Part shown: positions 49,964 to 58,093 of the stretch, piece after piece
How the letters are laid out: each line of letters opens with the position of its first letter
Numbering within the stretch: the stretch's first letter is position 1
Source: Fimbriimonadia bacterium
Lineage (GTDB): Bacteria; Armatimonadota; Fimbriimonadia; Fimbriimonadales; JABRVX01
NCBI GenBank assembly: GCA_041483895.1
Contig: JBGPGO010000005.1
Location: 128,001-192,000, forward strand
Direction: 5' to 3'
DNA length: 64,000 bases
The notes under the pieces: generated by a model
Told to the model about the DNA's origin: nothing
What the model saw: only the letters and a program-made list of their open reading frames with translations
Databases searched by the model: none
Position numbers and translations under genes: made by a program

Positions 49964-49998
49964 GATCGCCTGTCCCGCAACTGTCGGGACAGGCGATC
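49964..49998. terminator. Perfect 14-bp intercistronic hairpin without U-tract
   Basis: gatcgcctgtcccg-N7-cgggacaggcgatc. Confidence 0.6.
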
Positions 49999-50023
49999 CC
50001 TGCATTCCCTGACGGAGTATTCA

Positions 50024-51430
50024 ATGAAATCATTCGCTTTTTGCACCGCCGTGTTCCTGCCAATATGTGTGTTCTCCCAACAGCAATGGCATCACCAGTT
50101 GCTGCAAAGGGGTTTTAATAAGGTCTCCCAGGATAATGACACCGCTCACGTGAACGGTGCCGGACAGGCGTTCTACTTCGTGGGGTTTCACGGCAGCGTC
50201 AATCAGGATGTGTACAGAAATACCGAGAATATGAGCGCATGGCTTGGACCGGAGCGGGTCGCATATAGCATTGGGATTAACGAGAAAGGCCAGGTCGCGT
50301 ACGGCGGCAGCACCGGACCGGGGTTCACGATCTACACCGATCATACGGATTGGAGCAGCTCCGTACTCAACCCGAACACCACATACAATTTCAACGGCTA
50401 CGGAATTGATGAATTCGGCAGACCATTGTGGAAGGCCACAGAAACAGGCGCCCGCGCGGGCATCGGCCACCTGTTCTTGGCATCCCAACCGGTATCCGAT
50501 TCCCTCCTCACCGACCCTGTCAGGGTATCCTCCCAATATGTCAACGCGAAAGGCGACGTGGCTTGGGACGCGACGGCGAATGAGACCAACGGGGTGCAAC
50601 AAGTGTTTCTTAACCAAACATTCTACTCCGCAAGCATCGTCGGCGCGAACGTTCCCGCCGGGGTGGGTGGGATCAGCGACAACGGCGATGTTTTCTGGAC
50701 GGCAAACTACAACGGCTTCCGCCACTTGTTCGTCAACGACCTGGACTATACAAATTTCATGTTCGGGGCGGGCGCGACCGATCATAGGGTGTTCGGACGG
50801 GGCATGGATGAGCAAGGAGACATTCTTTGGTACACCGGCGGCGTGACAAACGGGCCAGAATACGGCCTATTTGTGAACAATCGGAATCTCTCCTACGAAG
50901 TATTCGGGACTCAGACGCTCCAGCAGCGCGAAGCATTGCAGATCAGCGGCAATGGTCACGCATACTGGGACGCAAAACTGCCTGACTGGTCCCACGTCCA
51001 TCTCTTCGTAGACACAAGAGATGTCTCCTTAGAGGCCCTTGGCCCGGACGTCATTCCGGACGCATACCGCGCCGAGGCTGACGACTTCGGCCGATTGATG
51101 TGGACCGTGCGCGATCCGTTCTTGGGGAGCAAGAACCGAGTCTACGTGGACAGCTTTGCCCTATCCGCAGACGCGCTGGGACTGGACGCGGCTAATTACG
51201 ACTCCCGCGGAATTCGGATGGGCCCGAACGGAGACGTGGTCTGGATCGCTTCCGATCCCACCGGCAAAGATAGCCGCCTGTATCTCTCCTCCCCAGTGCC
51301 GGAACCGTCCATGGCGGCCCTGCTTGCGGCGTTCTGTTACCCCATCATGCGGCGAGGTTGTCGGGCCGCAAGCAATGCCGGACCCAAGAACTACCGATCC
51401 CGCCGATCGAATCGATCCCGATCCGAGTAA
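50024..51430 (+). CDS. PEP-CTERM protein with ~43-aa repeats
   Basis: Signal peptide; repeats LFVxxxDxS..LG..GDVxW; VPEPSMAALLAAFCYPIMRR. Confidence 0.85.
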   Translation: MKSFAFCTAVFLPICVFSQQQWHHQLLQRGFNKVSQDNDTAHVNGAGQAFYFVGFHGSVNQDVYRNTENMSAWLGPERVAYSIGINEKGQVAYGGSTGPGFTIYTDHTDWSSSVLNPNTTYNFNGYGIDEFGRPLWKATETGARAGIGHLFLASQPVSDSLLTDPVRVSSQYVNAKGDVAWDATANETNGVQQVFLNQTFYSASIVGANVPAGVGGISDNGDVFWTANYNGFRHLFVNDLDYTNFMFGAGATDHRVFGRGMDEQGDILWYTGGVTNGPEYGLFVNNRNLSYEVFGTQTLQQREALQISGNGHAYWDAKLPDWSHVHLFVDTRDVSLEALGPDVIPDAYRAEADDFGRLMWTVRDPFLGSKNRVYVDSFALSADALGLDAANYDSRGIRMGPNGDVVWIASDPTGKDSRLYLSSPVPEPSMAALLAAFCYPIMRRGCRAASNAGPKNYRSRRSNRSRSE

Positions 51431-51744
51431 CCGGTGTCGTCGAAGACCTCAAGCACGGCCGTCAACTCGGACCGGCCGTGGTGGTCCGTGGTGCCGCGCG
51501 TCTCCACCAATCGCCAGCTAAAATCTTGATTTCCGCGGGACTGTTTGCGAGCCTGGTCCACGGCATTCCGAATCGCGCCATTCAGGTCTGTGCCCTTTGC
51601 CGAGCCGACAAACTGTCCCAGCGATCCGCCGCGCCTGCGATAGAGCGATTGGGCGCTGCCGCCCATTGCACCCGCAAATAGGGTCGCCAAAGCCGCCTTC
51701 CCTACCCACCCGGTAAACCCTCGTCGGGTCATCTTGTCTTCCAT
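51391..51744 (-). CDS. Small Tat-signal protein with dodecin-like segment
   Basis: GGAGG RBS; MTRRGF signal; VGSAKGTDLNGAIRNAVDQA..WRLVETRG. Confidence 0.65.
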   Translation of the reverse strand: MEDKMTRRGFTGWVGKAALATLFAGAMGGSAQSLYRRRGGSLGQFVGSAKGTDLNGAIRNAVDQARKQSRGNQDFSWRLVETRGTTDHHGRSELTAVLEVFDDTGYSDRDRFDRRDR

Positions 51745-51791
51745 TTGTTCAACCTCCACCGATCTGGACGAAGCGGGATCGATAACCGTCA

Positions 51792-51912
51792 GTAACGCTG
51801 CCTTCCAGCCGGCAGAGCAGCTTCATTCGTAACGCTGCCTTCCAAGCGGCACCAGTCCGAAACGATAATGCCGGCTGGAAGCCAGCGTTACGAATAAAGA
51901 GGCAGCGTTACG
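51792..51912. repeat. REP-like cluster (two direct, one inverted, one partial copy)
   Basis: gtaacgctgccttccagccggca (51792), gtaacgctgccttccaagcggca (51829), tgccggctggaagccagcgttac (51869), ggcagcgttacg (51901). Confidence 0.88.
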
Positions 51913-51939
51913 GGTTGACACGACCGGCTACAATTGGGC

Positions 51940-54378
51940 ATGCCGACGATTGTCCCCGATCCGGAAATCACCACCGAAGTATATCGCGCGATGGGCCTGT
52001 CCGACGCCGAATACCAACTGATCTTGGACAAAGTCGGCCGGCCGCTCACCTACACGGAGCTCGGCATGTTCGCCGTGATGTGGAGCGAGCACTGCGGCTA
52101 CAAATGCTCCAAGAACGTGCTGAAGCTGTTCAAGCGCTACGCCGAGGCGGTGGACGGCGCGGGCCTGGAGAACGCCGGGATTGTGGATATCGGCGACGGA
52201 CTGGGAATTGTGATGAAGATGGAAAGTCACAACCACCCCAGCGCGGTGGAGCCACACAACGGCGCGGCGACCGGCGTGGGCGGAATTCTGCGAGACATAT
52301 TCACGATGGGCGCGCGGCCGATTGCCAGCCTCAACTCTTTGCGATTTGGGCCGATTACGCTGGATTCTTGCCGGCAGGATGCCAGCGTTACGACAGCGGA
52401 TTTTGGCCGGCAGGATGCCGGCGTTACGACACCCGGGGATGTCGAGCGGAATCGGTATCTGTTCGAGCATGTGGTCGCGGGGATCGGCGGGTATGGCAAC
52501 TGCGTGGGCGTGCCGACTGTGGGCGGCGAGGTGGTGTTCCATCCACGCTACAGCGGCCCGCTGGTAAACGCGATGGCGGTGGGGATACTGCGGCTGGATT
52601 CGGTGGCCTCCGCCCGCGCGGAAGGGATTGGCAATCCGGTCATCTACGTCGGGTCGTCCACAGGGCGGGACGGCATCCACGGCGCGACATTTGCAAGCGA
52701 CACATTGGAAGAAGACAGCGCGGCCAGCCGGCCCAACGTGCAGATCGGCGATCCGTTTGCGGAAAAGCTGCTGATCGAGGCCACCCTGGAGGCGCTGGCA
52801 TCCGGCGATGTGGTGGCGATTCAAGACATGGGCGCGGCCGGGCTGACCTGCTCCACGTGCGAAATGTCGGCCAAGGGCGGAGTGGGGATGGAGATCGAGC
52901 TACGGCGCGTACCATTGCGCGAGCAGGACATGAGCGCGTACGAAATCATGCTGTCGGAAAGCCAGGAGCGGATGCTGCTAGTCGCGCGCGCGGGGCGGGA
53001 AGAGGCCGTCCGCGCGATCTTCCATAAGTGGGAGTTGAACGCGGAAGTGATCGGTCAAGTGATCGCCGACAACCACGTTCGGATCAAAGACAACGGACGA
53101 ATTGTGGCGGACTTGGAGGCGAAGCAGCTTGCGGACGAATGCCCGGCCTATGACCTACCCGCCGAAACGCCGGCCTATTCGCAGAAGGCGATTGCCTTTG
53201 ATGCTTCTAAGGTTCCGGAACCGGACGATTATGGCAAGGCACTGCTGCAACTGCTGTCTACCCCATCGATTGCGTCGAAACGATGGGTGTATGAGCAGTA
53301 TGACGTGTCTGTGCAGACGCAGACCGCCATCGGACCGGGCGCCGACGCTTCGGTTCTGGCGCCACGCGGAACGCGAAAAGGTATCGCGCTGGCGGTGGAT
53401 GGCAACGGGCGATACTGCTATTTTGATCCTCACGAGGGTGGGCGGCTAGCGGTGGCGGAGGCGGCGCGAAACGTGGCCTGCACCGGCGCGATGCCGCGTG
53501 CGATTACCGACTGTCTCAACTTCGGCGACCCAAACGATCCGCATGTGTATTGGCAGTTCAAGAACGCGGTGAAAGGGATTGCGGAGGCGGCGGACGCGCT
53601 CTGCACGCCTGTGATCAGCGGCAACGTCAGCTTCTACAATGAATCCCCTGGAGGGCGATGCTCCGTCATCGCCGGGGCGGTCGGCGATGACGGAGCATCG
53701 CCCTCCATCTTGCCGACGCCGACGATCGGCATGTTGGGCGTTTTGGAAGATGCTTCGCATCGGATCGGCTCCGCATTTGTGGGAGAGCGGGGTTTTATCT
53801 ATCTGCTGTGGGCGGATGTGGGAAATGTGCGCCACGAAGGGCTCGGCGCGAGCGAATATTTGGCGATCTGTCATGGCATCGAGGATGGTCTCCCGGCGCA
53901 TGCGCAGTTGGACAAGGAGGCCGCCGTGCATCGCTTTCTGGTGCGGGCGGCCGCGGAGGGTTGGATCGAGAGCGCGCACGATTGCTCGGACGGCGGTCTG
54001 GCGGTGGCGATCGCGGAATGCTGCATCGGCGGCCGGGCCGGGGCTCATGTGTCCCTGGAGGGCGACGCTCCGTCGTCGCCTGATTGGTTGCACAAGGAAC
54101 TGGAATCGGCGGCGAAGACACGCAAACCATTTACCTGGAGTCGATCGACGGCAGCGCTTCTGTTCGGCGAGTTCTCCCCTCGCATCATTCTCGGCACCAC
54201 TGCGCCGCTCGATTCCGAAGTCGCAAAAGACTTCGGCCTGCATCTGCGCTGCATTGGGGGCTACGATCGGCAAATCCAAGACCTGACCATAACAAACCAC
54301 CAGCAAGTGGTATCGGTGCGCATGCACGATGCGATCAATGCCTACGAGAAAGCAATCCCCAATATCATGGAGCATTAA
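51940..54378 (+). CDS. purL: Phosphoribosylformylglycinamidine synthase subunit PurL (small type), with in-frame repeat insertions
   Basis: MWSEHC, ESHNHPS, GRDGIHGA, DMGAAGL, LSESQERM, GNVSFYNE, HDCSDGG. Confidence 0.97.
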   Translation: MPTIVPDPEITTEVYRAMGLSDAEYQLILDKVGRPLTYTELGMFAVMWSEHCGYKCSKNVLKLFKRYAEAVDGAGLENAGIVDIGDGLGIVMKMESHNHPSAVEPHNGAATGVGGILRDIFTMGARPIASLNSLRFGPITLDSCRQDASVTTADFGRQDAGVTTPGDVERNRYLFEHVVAGIGGYGNCVGVPTVGGEVVFHPRYSGPLVNAMAVGILRLDSVASARAEGIGNPVIYVGSSTGRDGIHGATFASDTLEEDSAASRPNVQIGDPFAEKLLIEATLEALASGDVVAIQDMGAAGLTCSTCEMSAKGGVGMEIELRRVPLREQDMSAYEIMLSESQERMLLVARAGREEAVRAIFHKWELNAEVIGQVIADNHVRIKDNGRIVADLEAKQLADECPAYDLPAETPAYSQKAIAFDASKVPEPDDYGKALLQLLSTPSIASKRWVYEQYDVSVQTQTAIGPGADASVLAPRGTRKGIALAVDGNGRYCYFDPHEGGRLAVAEAARNVACTGAMPRAITDCLNFGDPNDPHVYWQFKNAVKGIAEAADALCTPVISGNVSFYNESPGGRCSVIAGAVGDDGASPSILPTPTIGMLGVLEDASHRIGSAFVGERGFIYLLWADVGNVRHEGLGASEYLAICHGIEDGLPAHAQLDKEAAVHRFLVRAAAEGWIESAHDCSDGGLAVAIAECCIGGRAGAHVSLEGDAPSSPDWLHKELESAAKTRKPFTWSRSTAALLFGEFSPRIILGTTAPLDSEVAKDFGLHLRCIGGYDRQIQDLTITNHQQVVSVRMHDAINAYEKAIPNIMEH
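52362..52433 (+). repeat. Two REP copies at 36-bp period, in frame inside purL
   Basis: gccggcaggatgcc(a/g)gcgttacgaca at 52370 and 52406. Confidence 0.88.
53649..53707. repeat. Perfect 26-bp inverted repeat in frame inside purL
   Basis: tggagggcgatgctccgtcatcgccg-N7-cggcgatgacggagcatcgccctcca. Confidence 0.9.
54053..54080 (+). repeat. Single copy of the same repeat unit inside purL
   Basis: ccctggagggcgacgctccgtcgtcgcc; 26/28 identical to 53646-53673. Confidence 0.8.
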
Positions 54379-55247
54379 GCAAGCCCTAGCTTCTTCGCCG
54401 CGGCAATGGCGTTCGCGAGGCAGCGTTTGACGCCCGGCACCGGATCGTCTGCCCCCGCTTCGTACTCGATCGCGACGAGGCCAGTAAAATGCACATCGAG
54501 CAGCGCGCGATAGACGCCTTCGATATCCAGGTCACCCTCGCCGACTACTTGCTCCGAGTTCGTGCCCTTCGTAAAGTCTTTGAGATGCACTCCGTGGACT
54601 CGATCACCGAAGGTTCTGATGGCGACGATCGGGTCCTCTTTCGACCGCAGATAGTGGCCGGTGTCAACGCATGCGCCGAATCGTTTCGTCCGGCCGTCGG
54701 TCGCCTCTTGCACGGCGGCAATTGTCCCATACCGGTGGCCGGGGCCATGATTGTGGATGCCGGTTTTGATGCCGAACTCGTCGCATAGATCGCAGACTTG
54801 CGGAATGGCCTCCGGATCGATATCGATGGTTAGAACCGGAATTCGCAGTCGGTGGGCGAACACGAAAACGGCGCGATTTTCCTCGGCGTTTTTGGTCATC
54901 TGCACCACCCCATGACTCAGGACCGTTATGCCGTTTTCACGTACTGGGATTTCGTATGACTTAATGCCGTCTTCACTCACTGTATGTTTCATGTGCGCGC
55001 CGGAAACATCAAGGTACTTAATTCCGATCTCGTGGGCCTTCGTCACCGCCTCCGGCCAAGAGTACGTTCGAAAAGAATAGGTCTGGAGGCCGATCTTCAA
55101 GGCTTTGACACCCTGTTCGGTGGGATTGTTTCGGAGCCGGTTTGCGCCGGACGCCCGGCTTTGTGCAATCCCGAGTCGCGACAATCCCATCGCCGCAGCG
55201 GTGCCGAGTCCCGCCGAGAGAATGTCTCTTCGCGTATAGGTATCCAT
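54375..55247 (-). CDS. Tat-exported sugar phosphate isomerase/epimerase (AP endonuclease 2 fold)
   Basis: TRRDIL signal; GLQTYSFR, IHNHG, DTGH, VHLKD, IEYE. Confidence 0.88.
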   Translation of the reverse strand: MDTYTRRDILSAGLGTAAAMGLSRLGIAQSRASGANRLRNNPTEQGVKALKIGLQTYSFRTYSWPEAVTKAHEIGIKYLDVSGAHMKHTVSEDGIKSYEIPVRENGITVLSHGVVQMTKNAEENRAVFVFAHRLRIPVLTIDIDPEAIPQVCDLCDEFGIKTGIHNHGPGHRYGTIAAVQEATDGRTKRFGACVDTGHYLRSKEDPIVAIRTFGDRVHGVHLKDFTKGTNSEQVVGEGDLDIEGVYRALLDVHFTGLVAIEYEAGADDPVPGVKRCLANAIAAAKKLGLA

Positions 55248-55296
55248 CGCATTCAAAGTTCTGGGAAGGGCGGCGGTGTCCTGTATACTTCAAGTC

Positions 55297-55692
55297 ATGA
55301 TCGAATATCGCTCCTCGCTCGCGGGGATCAACCCGGATGCCTTCGTCGGATTTGGCGTCGGGTGGCGCAAGCCGCTGACGCCTGAATTGCTGTATCGGGT
55401 GCTGACCGGCAGCGCACACGTGTGGCTAACCCTGGATGGCGAGCGCGTAGTCGGTTTCATCAACGCGATCTCCGACGGCTGCCTGATGGCCTACATCCCG
55501 CTATTGGAAGTGCTACCGGACTACCAAGATCGCGGCATCGGATCGGAACTAGTGCGTCGGATGCTCGAGACTCTTCACGACCTCTATGGGGTCGATCTCT
55601 GCTGCGATGCGAACGTCGCTCCCTTCTATGAGCGATTTGCCATGCAACGGGTGACAGGGATGGTCTTGCGCAACCCTGCACGAATCACTTGA
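55297..55692 (+). CDS. GNAT N-acetyltransferase
   Basis: AISDG, LEVLPDYQDRGIGSEL, PFYERF. Confidence 0.9.
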   Translation: MIEYRSSLAGINPDAFVGFGVGWRKPLTPELLYRVLTGSAHVWLTLDGERVVGFINAISDGCLMAYIPLLEVLPDYQDRGIGSELVRRMLETLHDLYGVDLCCDANVAPFYERFAMQRVTGMVLRNPARIT

Positions 55693-58063
55693 CCCGAAAG
55701 ATTGTGATCGAATAGGCTGGGAAATCGTGCTCGGACCGCGGGACCTTGAGATTGACCTTGTTAGTATGTGGAGCCAACTTCGCCGGACTATCGATGGTAT
55801 TTTCGTCGGTGGGTGATTCCGAAGACAGCACGGTCTGCGTACCACTCTTCGAATCGCCACCGCCTTCCAATTCAATCGTAGCGTGAACAGCGACTCCTGA
55901 CACGTTTACCACCTTAATGATCACCTCACCAGTCTTGTCAACCCTCCCGGCCACAGCGTAGAGCGGTGTGATCTGCGGGCATTCCACATCGTGGACCAGC
56001 TTGCCGTCCAGATAGCACCGGATGCGTTCACCGGAGAACTCGATCCGAATGTCATACCATCGCCCGCTCTCAATAGCGCCCGGAGCCTCCGCAATGATTG
56101 ATTTTGCGCCTGCGACGCACCGTTCGATGGCATGTTTGGTGTTCCCCCAGCCACCCAGATTCCACCAAAGGTAGTTCTGGTCATCCTCCATACCGACGGT
56201 TATCAAGAACCCCTCGGCGCCGCCGTTCTTTCGCGCCTTGAGCGTTATCGAATAGTTTGTTGAACCGTGCAACGTATGAAATGCGCGGGACGGTTCCGCA
56301 TCCGTTGTCTGCCGCAGCGCTCCATCCTGTGAACTCCAACCGCCGGGGCCACGCGTCAGCGAGCTGCCGTCCGCGCTTTCGTATAGTACGTCCGCCCCTT
56401 GGACAACCCGGATATCTTTGAACTCCGCCTGCGTGTGCCACGTGCCAACGCCGATCCCGCCGGGCGAAAATCGGGCCTTCGGAACAGAGGAATAGCTGAT
56501 ATCCATTGGCAGAATGACATCCGGACGGTTTTCGCTGAACAGCTTTTGCACATAGTACGACGGCGTGCCACAAACGCGATGGTTGTCGAAATAGATCAGG
56601 TCCGGATTCCACGTCTTGTGGTTGATGTTGGCGAACAACGGTGCATAAGAAGACATGATAACAACGTCAGAATTGCGCTCCATCCCGGTCATAAAGGCGG
56701 CCTCCCCAATCGCCGCGATCAGGTTCCCTTCCCCACAGCCCTGAGTAACCGCATATTCACCCACGTACACCTTCGGTCCCTTGCGATCATACTTATCATA
56801 GCGCGCAGCATTGTCGATGAAAAACTGGGGACTGCTATAGTAGTGTTCGTCGACAATATCCACGTTGGCATCCGGATAACCACCCCACACGTTTGCTATC
56901 AGATGCATGGTTGGATACCGTTCTTTGATAGCCTTATAGAACAACGGATATCTCTCATGATACGCCGGCCCGCCGTTTTCGTTGCCGATCTCCATATATT
57001 TCAGGCCAAACGGCTTCGGATTCCCGTTCTTCGCGCGCAGCGCACCCCATTTGCTAGTTGGAGGACCATTCGCATACTCGATCGCGTCAAGCGCGTCTTG
57101 CACAAATTCGTCCATATTGTCCATCGGCACGTTCTCTTTGTGCGACATGCCGCAATTGATCACAAAAAGCGGTTCCGCGCCCAAATCCTCACACATCTGC
57201 AGGTACTCATGATATCCCAGACCATTGGTGGACATATACTGCCACAAGTTGTACTGCGTGCGCCGATCAACTAAATCACCCACGGTGCGCTTCCATCGCT
57301 GAGAGGTCGCCATCGTGTCGCCCTCGACCCAACATCCGCCGGGAAAGCGCACGAAGGCAGGACGTAACTCCAATAGCATATCGGCGAGATCGGTCCGCAG
57401 ACCGTTGGACCGGCTGTTCCAAGTCCTTTTCGGAAAGAGAGAAACCATGTCCAGCCACACGGATCCATGACCGGAGGCCGCAATTACCAATCTTCCGCGC
57501 GTTGCATTCGCGGTCGGCTTCAGCGTCGCCCGAAACAGTCTCCACTCCTTCGTGATTCCACGAATAGTCGAATGGGCAATCGTCGTCCCTTCGTCGCCGC
57601 GCAAGAGCACCTCGACAGGAGCCGCCGTATCATCGCATCTTGCGTAGATCGAAAATTTGTACTCGTCGCCTTTTCGCGCGGCAATGCCCCAATATCCTTC
57701 ATTAATAATCTCAACTTTCCCGGAAGGAGGCAAACCGATGCGCAGCGATCTATGATTGCTCTGCGAAAGAGGCTTACTCGTGTCAACGGAGACTTCCGCG
57801 CCGCCCGGCTGAAAGCTCCAATGCTCCGGCTTTTCGCTATCTTCAAACGATCGGTTTCGCACCATCTCGGCGTACAATCCCCCATCCCCGGCGCAATTGA
57901 CTTCCTCGAAGAAAATTCCATACAGCGTGCGGCTGACGCGAATCCCCGGCTTTGTGGTATCGACGCGAATCGTTGCGGAAATTGGCTCGGATTGCATGGC
58001 GGCTCCGGCGGCTAGGATGGTGGCGAATAGAAAGTGCACGGCAAGCCGGTTCGCCAACTCCAC
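55685..58063 (-). CDS. Alpha-L-arabinofuranosidase (GH51)
   Basis: YGIFFEEVN, RFPGGC, EIGNEN, DEHYY, VGEYA, SYAPLF. Confidence 0.93.
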   Translation of the reverse strand: MELANRLAVHFLFATILAAGAAMQSEPISATIRVDTTKPGIRVSRTLYGIFFEEVNCAGDGGLYAEMVRNRSFEDSEKPEHWSFQPGGAEVSVDTSKPLSQSNHRSLRIGLPPSGKVEIINEGYWGIAARKGDEYKFSIYARCDDTAAPVEVLLRGDEGTTIAHSTIRGITKEWRLFRATLKPTANATRGRLVIAASGHGSVWLDMVSLFPKRTWNSRSNGLRTDLADMLLELRPAFVRFPGGCWVEGDTMATSQRWKRTVGDLVDRRTQYNLWQYMSTNGLGYHEYLQMCEDLGAEPLFVINCGMSHKENVPMDNMDEFVQDALDAIEYANGPPTSKWGALRAKNGNPKPFGLKYMEIGNENGGPAYHERYPLFYKAIKERYPTMHLIANVWGGYPDANVDIVDEHYYSSPQFFIDNAARYDKYDRKGPKVYVGEYAVTQGCGEGNLIAAIGEAAFMTGMERNSDVVIMSSYAPLFANINHKTWNPDLIYFDNHRVCGTPSYYVQKLFSENRPDVILPMDISYSSVPKARFSPGGIGVGTWHTQAEFKDIRVVQGADVLYESADGSSLTRGPGGWSSQDGALRQTTDAEPSRAFHTLHGSTNYSITLKARKNGGAEGFLITVGMEDDQNYLWWNLGGWGNTKHAIERCVAGAKSIIAEAPGAIESGRWYDIRIEFSGERIRCYLDGKLVHDVECPQITPLYAVAGRVDKTGEVIIKVVNVSGVAVHATIELEGGGDSKSGTQTVLSSESPTDENTIDSPAKLAPHTNKVNLKVPRSEHDFPAYSITIFRVK

Positions 58064-58093
58064 ACAAAATCCTTCCAGTGGTATGATCCTCGT

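Noticed and set aside
51792..51912. Possible mini CRISPR array
   Set aside because: Units are ~23 bp, occur in both orientations with spacers under 20 bp, and no cas genes are present; fits REP clusters
51915..51934. TTGACA as the -35 of purL
   Set aside because: Only 8 nt from the TACAAT box, so the spacing is incompatible
52362..53707. Inteins or introns in purL
   Set aside because: Inserts are only ~20-25 aa, lack intein C-terminal HN motifs and are explained by DNA repeats
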